NCBI GenBank assembly: GCA_028534125.1
Contig: CM052818.1
Location: 6,078,001-6,142,000, forward strand
DNA from: Lama glama
Lineage: Eukaryota
Reading direction: 5' to 3'
DNA length: 64,000 bases
Below are positions 51,151 through 64,000 of this stretch, one piece after another; within the stretch, counting starts at the first letter, position 1; each line of letters begins with the position of its first letter. Below the pieces are notes generated by a model. It did not search any database and had not been told where the DNA came from. It saw only the letters and a program-made list of their open reading frames with translations. The translations under genes were made by a program, and so were the position numbers.

Positions 51151-52266
51151 CAGTTTGGAAAAGAGTTCCCCTCCCCCAATTCCCCAAACGCACCAGTTAA
51201 ATGTTAAAGCTTAGGCGTTCTCTATGTGGCCCTCTGTTTCCATTAGATCAGGGAACAGCAACTGAGAAAGGAAGGAATGCTTTCAGAGTGTCACTTACAC
51301 CCCTAGAGGCTCTGAACCACCCACGGTCTTCCCTCTCTGCCTCTCAAGTGGATCAGAGCAAAATTAAATATCAGAACTCACTCAGACCCTCTTAGTTTCT
51401 CCAGACCTTCAGACCAGCCTTTGCCACCTGGTGAGGCATACAGCTTAGCTGAGCTCTGGGCATATAAAAGAAAGTTTCTATTGGTGCCTTGTCAATCAAC
51501 ATCCAATCCCACTCAAAGGCAGATCATGCAGCCATGTGCCTGCCACATGTAGAATGTGACTCGGCCACCTTGGAGGGAGGGAACCACTCCCCCAGGGAAA
51601 TTCTCACAGCCCAGACATTTGACTCAGGGATCCAAACGCCGGAAGAGATAACAGAAGAACCGGGGAAGAATTCGTGGCAGGTACTGATGGAACTCTGACA
51701 CCTCCAGTCTTGACCATCCAACTATGCAGGGGGAAGCAAAAGAAGGAAAGAGGACAGACAGTAAAGGATGGACGGGAGAGAGGAGGACAAGGATGTTCTC
51801 TTCCAGAGGCATAGCCAGGGGTGCAAGGGGTGCATGCTCTCTAGAAGTGGTACTTCTTGATAAAAAGCTCTCCGGGTACTATGCTGACATCACCAGTGTT
51901 AAAAAGTATAGGGTGAAAAGGCATCAAAGACAACAACATGAAAGCAAGGAGGAGCTAAGAGAAGCCACGTGGGAAAACCTGAAGGTAGAGAGTAAGCTTT
52001 CCTCGTTCCTGTGAGTTAATGCCACACGGCAGCCACGACTCTGCTCAGGGAAACTGGCTTAGGCAGGAGCCAAGTGATGGTGCTAAGGAGGACCTGAAGC
52101 TGGCCATCACCCAGGTGGACTCCAGAGAGTCACGCTTAGCCAGGGAGAAAAATCAAGACTCTGTGAACTGGCTAACAGAAAAAAATACATTCATAAATAT
52201 GTGCTTGCCCTTCTGTGAATATAATAATGTCTCCTTCTCTTTCTCTGGACCCCCCCCCCTCTCTCT

Positions 52267-52304
<38 letters not shown>

Positions 52305-52807
52305 TTGGCCTGAATCAGTGTCTGCTGGGAAAGCCCAAAAGGAGGATGGTACCTCCCCCAAATCCTACCTCCCAGTGTTGTTTCCCTTCAAATTACATTT
52401 GGTCATGTCTACAGAGTATCAAGACACTACTTAATTTATCAAAGGAACTCATAGGAATGAGACGATCTTCACACTGAGACTTTAGCAGAAACGACAGATG
52501 CAGCCATTCCCTCTAGAATAGCTGAGACGCACAGAGGAACCTGAATATCATTGTCCTAAATCATCTGGAATAAATTGCCCAAATTCCCCCACTTAAAACC
52601 CATGGACACGTCTCTTTCTCTGGAGACTGTGTGAGATGCGAACACACCTTCACTTGTCCCATCTCCTCCTCTGTGGTTTTAAGTGGGGAAGAGTAACATA
52701 TTCGTTGAAAAGAATGTTTTTCTTCTCTAGCTGAAAAAGCTTAAGAAGAATTCCCTACATGTGTACAGAACTTTGTACCATTCCAAGTACTCACAATTGT
52801 TATCACA

Positions 52808-52950
52808 TCTATTTCTGCTGCCACAAAAATAAATTGATGTTAGTCTCAAACTATCGACTTCAAAAATAGAAATTTCTTATTTGAACGAATTCTTCCAAAA
52901 TTATTCTTCTTACAAATTGAGCCTTTGTTCTTCACCCTGCTACAAGATTT
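52808..52950 (+). repeat. Direct duplication, copy 1 (pairs with 53445-53591)
   Basis: Hand alignment gives ~15 substitutions and 2 small indels over ~143 nt. Confidence 0.95.
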
Positions 52951-53444
52951 GATGTCCATGGGCGTTAAAGCCCACAAGTGAGATGTGTATTTACAGTTAC
53001 CTTAACACTGCCAAGCAAACCAGCAATACCTCCATAAATCTCACATACCAGGGGCTCATGGCCTCAAATGATCTTTCTCTCCAGCCACTGTCCTACCCTC
53101 TCCTCTTCCCTAAGGCTGACTTGCCCTCCTGGTCAGGGCTGCCTCCTCTACAATCGTTATTACTGTTGTTACACACACAGGTGTTTGCACTTCTGTTGGC
53201 TCGAAGGATCTTTATTCATAAGTTCATGTCTTCCCCATTCTCCCTTCTTTCTTCCTCTTTATTCAACAGCCTCTTTTGTGCTCCCATAACCCTGATCTAA
53301 CTAACGACGCCCACATTTTTCACAACAGATTTTGTTTTGTTTCCCCTTCACCACCCCCTTCTCTTGGCCGTATCCTCTGGTACTTAGATTTGTTTTCCTT
53401 GTGATTTGCGTAGAGAGTATTTATCTGCCCTTCCTCATCCTGGT

Positions 53445-53591
53445 TCTATTTCTGCTGCCACAAAAGTAAACTGATGTTAGTCTCAAACCATCAACTTTAA
53501 AAATGGAAATTACTTATTTGAACAAAGAATCCTTCCAAAAGTTTTCTTCTTACAAATCCAGCCCTTACTCTTCACCCCTGCTACAAGATTT
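53445..53591 (+). repeat. Direct duplication, copy 2
   Basis: 'tctatttctgctgccacaaaa...tgatgttagtctcaaac...tgctacaagattt' shared with 52808-52950. Confidence 0.95.
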
Positions 53592-53799
53592 TAAAGTTGA
53601 AAGAGATCTGTACAATCTAACCCAGCTGCCTCAGTTAGAGATGAGAGAACAGGGGTGTGAACCCAGGTCTTGCCAGTTTTGGTCTTTGTAACACATACTG
53701 ATAACTGGCCCAGTCACATCTCCCATTGGAGTTTTATTCTCATAAATTATTTGACATTGTCACGTAGTGGCCCAAATGTGTTTCGAACACAGTCAATCC

Positions 53800-55330
53800 A
53801 CCAGTGAGCCCCTCACCTTTCCCAGCTCCTCCTCTTACCCCCAGACTCGCTCTCCCCCTTGGTGAATACACCACCATTCACCAGATGCCATCCTTGACTT
53901 GGGTGTCATCCTGACGCCTCCCTCCTCTCCCTCCATCCCCAGCTCATCTCTTGAGCTGCCTCCCTCTTGGGCCTCCCTCTCACTAGCCTAGTTCAGGCCC
54001 CCAGGAGCTCTCCGTTGAACTATCACAACAGCATCCCAAGTGATCGCCCTGCTCCCTGTCCAACTGTGACCACATCTTGCAGCGGCCAGAGGGAGTTCTC
54101 CAAAATAAAAATGTGGTCATGTCACTACCCTGATTAAATCCACCGATGAGTCCCCACTGCCATTAAGAGAAGGTCCAGACTCTGAGCAGGGTTACAAGGC
54201 TGTCTACGTTCCGGCCTTTCCTTGTGTCCGAGCTCATCTTTGGTTGCTCCCACATCACACCTCAAGCCAAACTTCCTTTAGTGGCTTGGATAAGTCATGC
54301 TCTTTCCCACCTTCCAGATCCTGCACAAATTATTCCCTCTGGCGGCAAGATCTTTCCTCTTTTATTTTATTTGGATAACTGGCCAACTCCTCTTCACCCT
54401 TCAGGTAGCAACTTTAGAAATCTTTCCCCCAGACCTCTCAGCCATAAAAAAGAATGAAATAATGCCATTCACAGCAACAGTGATGGACCTAAAGATGATC
54501 ATATTAAGTGAAGCAAGTCAGACAGAGAAAGATAAATATCATATGATATCACTTATATGTGAATTTAAAAAATGATACAAATGAACTTATTTACAAACTA
54601 TAAATAGACTCACAGACATAGAAGACAAACTATGGTTACTAAAGGGGAGAAGGACCACGGGGAGGGGTAAATTAGGAGTTTGGGATTAACAGATATACAC
54701 TACTTTATATAAAACAGATAAAGAACAAGGACCTACTATATAGCACAGGGGACTATATTAAATACCTTATAATAACCTATAATGAAAAAGAATCTGAAAA
54801 AGAAAAAATATGTATGTATATGTATAACTGAATCACTTTGCTGTACACTTGAAACTAACACAACATTATAAATCAACTATACTTCAATAAAAATAAATTT
54901 TAAAAAAGCAACCTCTCCCCTAGACCTTTGCATAGCTTAGGCTAACTTCTGCAGTTGTTGGCTCAGATGTTACCTTTCCAGGAGGTCCCCTCCTCACTAT
55001 CACACTCCATCTTCCTGTTCTGAGTCATTTCTCTTCATTGCATACATTTTTACCATCATTAACATCACAGATTATAATCACTGACTTATTGTCCTGGTCT
55101 GTCTCTGCGTCTCCCCAGCCACCCCTACCACCACCACATTAGACTTCTTTAAGCACCATGGGAACAGGGACTACTCTGCCTAAGTCACTGCTAAATTCTC
55201 AGCGCCTAGTAAGCACTTAATAAATATTTGTGAGATGTATGAATACTCTCTGAGTTTAGCATAATACTCTGTTTATAGTAGTAGCTTAATAAATATTTGA
55301 GGGAGGAATGGAGGAAAGAAGGGAGGGAGG
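53800..55330 (+). mobile_element. L2 LINE 3' region, split by an L1
   Basis: 'caccaccattcaccag...gtcatcctgacgcctccctc', 'ggtcatgtcactaccctgattaaa', tail 'agcgcctagtaagcacttaataaatatttg'. Confidence 0.7.
54437..54906 (+). mobile_element. 5'-truncated L1 3' end inserted in L2
   Basis: 'ctcagccataaaaaagaatgaaataatgccatt...aattaggagtttgggattaacagatatacac...tatacttcaataaaa'; degenerate 21-nt TSD at 54416-54436 / 54907-54927 (17/21). Confidence 0.95.
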
Positions 55331-56739
55331 AAGGAAGGAAAAGAGGTGAAAAGCTTGGGAGCTCATAATGGCTTTCATCTTCCCTTTCTATAAAAGTTGC
55401 TACATCTTCTTTTATTGTGTTGGTTATTTCATCATCTTTCTCCTATCAGCCATCGAAAACAGTTGCCCTCCAAATGGATCAGACAACCATCACACTTAAC
55501 ACAGAATCCAGCAGGGAAGGAAGACCCTCAGTCCTGAGTGTGCTTCCAGACTCCAACTCTTTTCTTAAGCTTAGATGTCTGCACTGAGTCACCAATTTCT
55601 ACAACTTTGATTGAAATGCCAGAATTAGTCCACAGCCTTCCTCCTTTCCCTGCACTTTTCCTGAAAACAATTACCTAAAGAACTCCTGTTTTATTCTATT
55701 TTTCTACACCATCTCCCAGCTTTCCAGCCCCACCTCCACCAGCCCAGCGAGCTTTGTGTAGGCGTCACTTCTTGACCTTCTCTCGTCCCTCATCACCTGC
55801 ACAGTGTCGATAGAGACGTCTCTCGCATATTCTCTGATTTGTATTATTCTTCCCCACCTAGTTCACCTTCATTTTATGAGAATATTTGTCTCCTATTCTG
55901 AGTTTTCTCTGAACCTTTCCTTCAGTGATTTATTTGAGAATCCTGTTGACGAGACTGAAGTTTAAGGGCCTCACCTTTCTTTCCTTTTTGAAACAGGGAA
56001 CTGTGCTTGTCCACATCCCATCCTCGGACTCAACTCTTCCCCCTCCCACAACTGGTCGAGGAACACTGGCAGTGACCTGCTGTCTGGTGTGCAAGAACAT
56101 AGAAGGGCATCTGCTCCAGCCAGGAAATTAGAATTCACCCAAAGCAGGGAGGTCCCCGGATCTGCTCATTCACATGGGTCTCAGTTCCTTCCTACTGAGA
56201 TTTGTTCTTCCTTTTACAGTCCCAGCATCATTCCTTTTGGCAGAAGAGATGAATGTAAAATAGGACTGACGGAGTCTGCACTGTACGGATCATTCATCAA
56301 CAGTACCCTGGTGCTGCCAAGTACCCAGCCAAAAGGATTTCTTTTCTTCTTATTCCATGCTCAGCTTTAAATCTTTTCCCCTACGCTAAGCATTTTTGAA
56401 AGCCCTGGTTCAAACTTTGAGCTTCAGCCTTCTTTCTTTTTAAAATTTTCCTTTTATTTTTTTCTTTTTTCTTTTCCTTTTTTACTAGACATTATCTTTC
56501 AAGCATCTCTGGTTCAGGGTTTATTCTTTTAAATTTTGTACGCCTTTAAAAACCTGAGCCCGTCAGAGAAGGACCTGTGGAGCCAACCTGGATTCTACGA
56601 ATTTCTTTTCTTTTTCTTTATCACTCAGATCCATTCCTCCAAAGTCATGAGAATAATATCAGAGTAAATCAGAACAGACTCAGGACTGAACATAGAATGT
56701 TTTCTTCATTTAATTTTAAGGTACGCATTGTAACCTTGA

Positions 56740-58183
56740 CTCATAGGACATTGCAGAAAATACAGAAAATCAAAAAAAAAGACTGAATTTATTCAAAACC
56801 TGGCCAACTAGGATTAATCATCATTAACATTTTGGAGTATATACCTGCAGGGTTTTTCCCCCAATCCATTAGCAAAAAAAATAATAAAGGAGGGACTGTC
56901 TATTCACCCCATTTTACTGGTTTCTAAATTCACTTAAAATAATACTGTACACATTTTTCTGTGTCACTGAATACTGTTCTACAATATCATTTTTAAAGAC
57001 TCCGTAGTATTTCATGATGTAGATAAGCTATTGTCAATTCAGCAAATGCCTATGGTGAGACAAAGGCTGTTTCCAACATTTGGGATTAGAAACAATTGAA
57101 CATCATTGCAGGGGAAGCTTTCTGCTTGTCAATGATTGTTTCTTTAGGATTCATTCCTAGAAATGGAACTGCTATGTCAAGGGGTCTGAATCAAATTTGG
57201 GGGGATATAGATCAATATCACCTTCCTATGTGGGCTTTATATTCTCTGTGAATTTCTGCCAATTTATATTCTCTGAAGATAAGCACTTCCCACATTTAGG
57301 ACAACAGTGGGAATTACAATTTTTTTTAAACCTTATCTAATTTAATAGATGATTAATGATATTATTTGTTGCTTTCAATTGCATGTATTTAATCTCTAGT
57401 AGGTAATATTTTTAATATATAAATTTTATACTTTTTATTGACTTTTTCTGCCTTCGTGAATTATTTGCTCATATCCTTTGTACATTTTCTTACTAAAGTG
57501 CTTGTCTTTCTCTTAAAATTTATGGGAGTTCTTTATAGAGCATTAGTAGAACTACTCTTATAAATATTTTATTCTGAGTTTTCACGTACTTTTAAATTTT
57601 TATTATTTTTATGGAGAAATCATCTTTATTTAATAAATGAAATTTATTATTCTTTTCTTATCTACCTTTGGTATTATGCCTTAAGTGTCTGCCCCACCAA
57701 AACATGATTTTTTTAAAGCATCCATATTTACTCCTAGTACTTTTATGAATTCTTTTATCTACTTAAATATTGAATTCATATAGAACTTAATTTGGTATAT
57801 GGTGTGAGGTAGGAGATCTTAATTTTTGCTCCAAATGGCTAGCCATATGTTTGAAAACCTTTGATTAAATAATCTTTCCTTCCCCAGTGACTTTAAGTAT
57901 GAAACTTATCACATATAAATTATGATATATTCTTAGGTCTATTTTTGGATATTCTATCCTGTTAATTTGAAAACAACTAGCACTTTTAAGCTTTCTTACT
58001 CAGAAATGAGGTTAGTACTTTCATTTACTAAGATATTGTTTCTCAGTAAAAATTCGGTTTTTTTTCAAAGTCTTCAACATTTCTTATTAAGTGTGTATGA
58101 ACACATTTTATATTTCTGGTTGCTAGTATTAATGGGGTTGTCTTTCTCATGACATTTTGGGGGTTATCACTCATATACAGGAC
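56740..58183 (-). mobile_element. Old L1ME-type fragment (L1-like sequence resumes ~62560-62940)
   Basis: 'ggctgtttccaacatttgggatta', 'ttcctagaaatggaactgct', 'tttggtatatggtgtgaggtagg' antisense ORF2 remnants. Confidence 0.7.
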
Positions 58184-58605
58184 TGCAGTGGCTGTCGTGA
58201 TGCGCTGCTCAGATCCTGTCTTGGCTTGTGTACTCATTGACTTAGCTTCTAGGTGTTGATGGATGACAGACTGAAGCTGAGTCCCTCTGTTGAACTGCCC
58301 CTAGCAGGGGAGAGCTGTCTTGCCCTAAGTCATATTCCTTCCCCAGACAGCCCATGTCCAGCGACTCGTAGGTTAGGGGTATGAAGGTCCAGATTCCTTG
58401 CTTCATTCAAAGCAGAGATTCTCAGGAACCATCCAAGCTCCAGGGCTCTCCACGGAAGTGGATATGGTTATCGTGGCGACTGCATCACAGTCTGACACCT
58501 CTCTCCACTCCCCCTAAGGAGCTTATCCAGAGAGCATTCACCAACTAGATACTTGCATGGGAGCCTCCCATTCAGTCTGTTTCCCAGGGAATCATTCTTA
58601 AGACA
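58184..58605 (+). mobile_element. LTR16-like ERVL 5' LTR
   Basis: Begins 'tgcagtggctgtcgtgatgcgctgctcagatcc', ends 'ctgtttcccagggaatcattcttaagaca'; followed by PBS-like 'gttgttgtcagaagtg'. Confidence 0.75.
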
Positions 58606-61600
58606 GTTGTTGTCAGAAGTGATCTCAGGAAGAAGACTCAACTAATAGGCAGTTGCAGAACTGGGTCACCTGCTAAAACCAGTTGACAGTGAGGACCCCA
58701 TTCCTAGTGGTTGGTGGAGCACTGAAAACTACAGGCTTGCTGTAGCAGTGCAATTGCTAAAATTTTCCACCAGTGACAACCTGGGATAAGATAGAAAAGA
58801 AAGAAAAGGCACTGACAGGTGGAACAGCTTAAGCTTTGAGAGGTTCTAAGGAAGTAGTAATTATAAGGACAATGACTTGCTGAGTGGCACTGATGTGTTG
58901 GAGAAAGACAAGAAAAGACTAAGAGTAATTAATCACTAATTGAAGGCTAAGTGTGAAAATGAGAGGACCTCCTTGGCAGTGTGTAAAGACGCTCTGATTT
59001 CTGATCTCTGGGGGAGGAGGAGGTTAAGATCAAAACCAAGACTTAATTATAAGGGTAACAAAGCTTCTGAGAAAGTTGAATGCTCAGCCCTGGTAATTCC
59101 ACTTTGCCAAAAGCCGGGCCCTGACTGGGGAGGGTGTGGGACCCTGAGATTTGAGATGAATCATTTGTCTCAATACATTTGAAAACCTTTACACTCCATA
59201 TCCCCCGACCTCTCTGGGCCTACAGAAGCAGCCCACGATTCCCTATTAGTCTAGAGCACACCCCCCTTAAAGGTGACACACAGGTCTCTGCCCTGCAGTG
59301 GAACCTGCATCCTTGAACAAAGACCCCACTGTAAGAGGGAGTTTACGGGGGCTAAGTAACAAATGGAGTCCTGGGCCCAATCTTGCTTGTAGGCCCAGTG
59401 AGTCCACAAATCCACCCTTAGAATTTGAAAATGTCCTTGGATGCCAAATGTATAAATGGAATAGACACACTTAGTAGATGACAGGATCTTTACAGGGTTT
59501 CCTTGACCTTTGGCGTAAGAGCTATTGTAGTGGGAAAGGTCAAGTGGAAACCTCTGAAACTTCCCCTTCCCAGCCAAAAATTATAAATGAAACACACTAT
59601 CACGTCCCGAGGAGAACTGCAGAGATTAGTGCCACTCTAAACACCTCATCGTGACCAAGGAGGCAGGGGTGGCAGTCCACAATTGTGCGCATTTAACTCT
59701 CCAGTCTGGCTACTGCATAAACCAGACTGGTCCTGAGGGATGAGAGAGGATGACAGCAAACTCAGCCTAGTAGTAGCTCCAATTACAGCTGCTCTGCCAG
59801 ATGTGGTACCTCTTCTAGAGCAGATCAGCATGGACCTAAATATATGGTATATTGCCATTGATCTAGTGAATCCCTATTTGCAGCCCTATCAGGAAAAAGG
59901 ATCAGAAATAGTTCTCTTTCACTTTTGGAACAGGCAATAGAATACATTAACCTTCTTGCCCTGGGACTTGATCAACTTCCTCAACCTCTGTCATACTGTA
60001 ACCTTAAGAGACTGAAATCTACTGGACATACTGCAGAATATCACACTGATTCATCATATTGAGCAGGATAAATAACAAGTAACAAGTATATCGGAGGCCA
60101 CATCTCCAGAAGGTGGAAGATAAACTCTATGGAAATTCACGGACTTGCTAGATCAGTGAATTTTTTAAGAGATCTGGGAATGTAGATTCATCCCTTCTAA
60201 AAATAAAGGACAAAATTCTGCATCAATAAGAAGGTAGTACAATGCCCAGTAGTCTAGGTTCTGGAGGAAGCATTTTCTATACTTGAAAATACTGCTCTGA
60301 TCTTGCCTATTGGATGACATAATAAGACTACCCCCAGAGCAGAAAAGGGCTCTGCAAGGCAGGACCAAACTGTGATGAAAGCAGGCCTGCCCCTTGGTCA
60401 ATATTACCCAGCAGACTCTATTATTAGAGGCGTTGGTATGGGGAAAAGATGCCCTATGGAGTAAGTTAAGTCCCAGTGGAAGAATCACAGCACAGCCACC
60501 TGGGGTTCTAAAGCAAGGTCACGCAATGGTAGTAGTGAAATGATGTCTTCTGAAAAATGGTTCCTGTCTGCTACTGGTTCCTGGTTGAGACGAAGTACCT
60601 GACTATGGGACATCAAATGACCGTGTGGCCAGAACCGCTCACCATGAACTAGGTTCTGTCAAACCTAACAAGCTAAAAGAGTCAGGCAGGCCCAGCAACA
60701 ATTCCCCATAAGATATATGCTGTCCAACACGCAGAGCCAGAGAGCACAAGCTAGCAGCACCAGCAGGTGGCCTAGACCCACAATTCATTCACTGCAGTTA
60801 CACCAATGTCTTGCCTTCAGCTCAAACCTACGGCCACGTGGGCAGGTCCTTTAAGACTCTCCCATGGGACCAAATGACTAGAGATAAAAGACTGAGCTTG
60901 GGTCACAGATGTGTCTGTTCACCGTGTGGGTGCAGGGTGACAATGGGCAGCTACGATGCAACAGCCCCACTCAGAGATGGCCTAGAAAGGCAGTGATATG
61001 GAAAACCCTCCCAAAGGGCAGAGCTTCAGAAGATGCAGCTGGTGTGCACTTTGTACAGAATGAGAAGTGGCTAAAGGTAAGAATATATGTGGGCTTAAGG
61101 CCAATGATGAATGGCTTCTCTGGTGTGTCAGGAGCCTGAAGGAGAGAGATTGGAAGATCATGGACAAGAAGAGTTGGGGAAGAAGCATGGGGATGAACCT
61201 ACAGAGTAGACACAGAGTTTACCTCTCATGATAACTAATCCACCGGAGAATGTCCACCACAGAAGGATGAAACAAACAGGCAGGTGGGATGACGTGTTCA
61301 ATTGATGTTATCAGCCAGCCTATGCATCAACCACCGCAGTGCTGGCAGAATGTGTGTAGGATCTGAGTGGCCATGGAAACAGGGGTGAGGGCCTTGCATG
61401 GGCCTAACAATACAGCTCCCAGTCACCAGGACTGATGTAGTTACTCCTCCTACCAAATGTCTCACCTACCAGGAATAGAGACCAATGCTGAGCTTCTGAA
61501 AAGCTACCATCCCTCCAAGAGACAACTAATAATTACATTGCACCCTATTCCATATCTTAGAAGTGATTCAGTGACTCATCTAGATTGGAACTGAAACACG

Positions 61601-62555
61601 TTCTATTTATGGGTTTGCCTTTCCCATCTGCAGGCCTCAGCCAGCACCAATATGTCAGGGTAGAATATTTGATTTGCTGACCCAGATCCCACAAATGTCA
61701 GATGGGATCAAGGAACCCACTTTGCAAAGGAAGCACAATAAGTACATGGTCATTAGACCCACTAGTTTTATCTCGTATCGCATCACCCAGAAGTTGTCAG
61801 CCTGATAAAGCAACGGGATGGCCTTTTGAAGGTATAATTGAGATGCCAAGTTGGACACAATACTCTGTGGGAATGGGGCACTCTCTCCAGGATGTAACAC
61901 ATACCCTAAATCAATGCACATTTCTCCATGGAATATACAGTTTCGGGGGGTGGGGGATGGCTGAAAACAGGAGTGGTATGAGAAGAAGCAGCTGTAATTG
62001 GAGCTACTTACCGTCACTCACAATGATCCACTTGTGGGAATTTGTGATTCTGGGTCCTGAACTCTGTAAATTTAGAGATCCTGGGTCCCAAAGGAGGAAA
62101 ATTTCCACCAGGTGACACAGCAAGAATCACATTAAACTCTAAGCTATGACTTCCATCTGGTCACCTCAGGATCCTCGTGCCAAGAGACCAGCAGACAACA
62201 AATCACTTGGGCAACTGACGTAACTGTCAGGAGGAAGTAGGGCTACTGATAGACACCAGGCCAGGGAAAGATGTTTTTGGAAAACAAGTGATCCAGTGAG
62301 GCATCTCTTGGTACAACCTTGTCCAATTTTGACAGTAAATAAGGGCATGACAGACAACTGGGGACTCTGGTCACTCAAGCATGTGGGTCTCAGTTGTCCC
62401 AGCAGGTAAACACCTAGACCAGCAGAGGTGCTAGACAATGGCGAGGTGAAACTGGGATGGATGGTAGAGGAGAAAGACAGTGAACGCCACTTTCAATCTT
62501 GAGACCAGTCACAGAAGTAAGGGCAGTAATTCATCCCACTTACCTTCCTCTTCTA
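58606..62555 (+). mobile_element. Degenerate ERVL internal region (ERV3-16A3_I-like): gag, pro, RT, RNaseH, IN, dUTPase remnants
   Basis: RT KLSLVVAPITAALPDVVPLLEQIS...WYIAIDLVN (59740-59940); RNaseH GVHFVQNEKWLKVRIY (~61040-61090); IN 'gatcaaggaacccacttt' (DQGTHF); dUTPase-like 'ccaccaggtgacacagcaagaatcacattaaactctaagcta'; many stops and frameshifts. Confidence 0.9.
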
Positions 62556-63619
62556 AGCTCTCTTCTCTTTTTCATTAAAATCTTCTTTTCTATTTATTGA
62601 TTTCTCTTTCATTGCTTTTCAAGGTTACACTTTATTTTAATTTCTCGAACTGAATACTTAGCTTATTTACTGTAGTCTCATATTTATTAATGAAAACATT
62701 CAAAATTATACATTTTCTTTGCTTATAGCTTCAGCTACACTCCATCAGTTTTTGTAGGTGGTGTTCTCATTTCACATCTAAGTAGTCTAGAATTATATTT
62801 TTATTTGTCTTTGGACTAAGAGTTAAAAGTGCTTAATTTCATTTTTAAATTTAACTAAAAATTTCTCCTTAATAGATTTTTACAGGATCTCTTTCCAATT
62901 ATTTACATTAATTCAGTAATCTGGTATCCTTGATTTTCCACAACTTAAACATCTGACTTTATGACACATTGCTATGCAAAAATGATTTCTTAGGTCACAT
63001 TTTTACCTTTTGGATCACCCTTGTTCAAGTTCCATCCTTAAAAAAAAGCTTTCTGTTAGAAGGACCTATGGCATTGGAAACCATCTATGGTATTAGAAAC
63101 CATCCTCCTGCTTGCTACAGCCCAACTTCCCATTCATATTGCCAAGTTGAAACCTCAGACCAAGCTGCTTTACTGGAACTGTTACCACAAGCAAAATCCC
63201 TCCTAAACAAAGTCCCAGTGTTTCCTATACTTGCCCTTTCATTCATGAATGGAATGAATAGAGCCTCTGACCCCGACCTACTCGATTAAAGCCCACCACG
63301 TCTTCCCGTAGTCCTTTCCTCCCGGTAGAACCTCCACACCAGATTCAATCCCTGTGTGGCTCTGAACTTTACACTGAACTCCGTGCCTGCAGAAATATGC
63401 TATCCTATAAATAGCACCCTTCCAGTGAATTCATAATTGGGGTTCCCACACTACATTGTCTCTCTCTGAGGAGCTGCTTTTTGCCTCAAGAGGGAGACTC
63501 AAGACTCCAGTCCAGTATGTGCCCCAAAGGTGCATTCTTGTCATTTTTCCCCTCCCAAGAGCTGCACAAGTTCTCTTTTCTTCTCCTGCAAACTCAGACA
63601 AATAAGCAATGCCTCCATA

Positions 63620-63750
63620 TTTTGCTTTCTGCCCATCTTACAGACGAGGAAACAGATGCATTAAGAGATTAAGTGACCTGTCCTAAATAGATGAGTGGCA
63701 GGGTAGCAGCTGAGCTAGAATTTGTATCTCCTAACTTCTGTTCCAATTAC
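63620..63750 (-). mobile_element. MIR SINE
   Basis: 'cccatcttacagacgaggaaacagatgc...gagattaagtgacctgtcc'. Confidence 0.7.
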
Positions 63751-64000
63751 AGTGACCCAAGAATTATGCTGAAGTATACAGAATTGTGCTCGTTCTCAAT
63801 GGGCAACTTCAAATGGAAAGCAGTCAATATCTAGCCTTCAGTGTCCACAAAGTAAAATGGCACAGGCATAAACTCACAACCGTCTCAAATTAGAGACGCA
63901 TATTCCGTAGTCCCATGTCTTCAGGCCACCAGCAGACTCCCTTGTCAATCTCAGATGACTGTTCTTAGTTTTACCCCATTTTACCTTTAACCAGCAATAT

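Noticed and set aside
60760..60772. CTCF-like CCAGCAGGTGGC (similar matches at ~20486 and ~51423)
   Set aside because: Partial core matches only, one inside decayed ERVL pol; expected by chance
59740..62115. ERVL pol ORFs as a possible domesticated gene
   Set aside because: Multiple stops and frameshifts; RT catalytic motif lost
1..64000. Short ORFs of 60-152 aa in the six-frame track as protein-coding genes
   Set aside because: None resembles a cellular protein I recognise; many start at non-ATG codons or lie in TEs or low-complexity DNA; lengths are within chance expectation
1..64000. CRISPR arrays, rRNA, prokaryotic-type operons or defence systems
   Set aside because: No regularly spaced repeats or such genes; the sequence is mammalian repeat-rich DNA

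Overview
Mammalian genomic DNA, probably camelid. This rests on a Vic-1-like tRNA-derived SINE, cetartiodactyl-type L1 3' ends, and no recognisable Alu, B1, Bov-tA/BovB or PRE-1. I recognise no intact protein-coding gene; the window looks intronic or intergenic. It is rich in transposable elements: ancient MIR, L2, hAT-Charlie MERs, MLT1 LTRs, old L1M and HAL1, four younger 5'-truncated L1s, and a degenerate ~4.4 kb ERVL provirus (LTR16-like LTR plus gag/pro/RT/RNaseH/IN/dUTPase remnants, no 3' LTR). Structure not explained by ordinary TE copies: a ~230 bp, ~91% identical inverted duplication with a perfect 12-bp hairpin at its edge; a ~145 bp direct duplication; an L1 with a TSD-bounded 3' transduction; a tail-first SINE; a palindromic CTCF-like site; and a TE-free block with a PBX-HOX motif. 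I find no convincing evidence of a novel biological system. Subfamily names come from recalled consensus similarity and need RepeatMasker/Dfam confirmation; boundaries of old elements are approximate.
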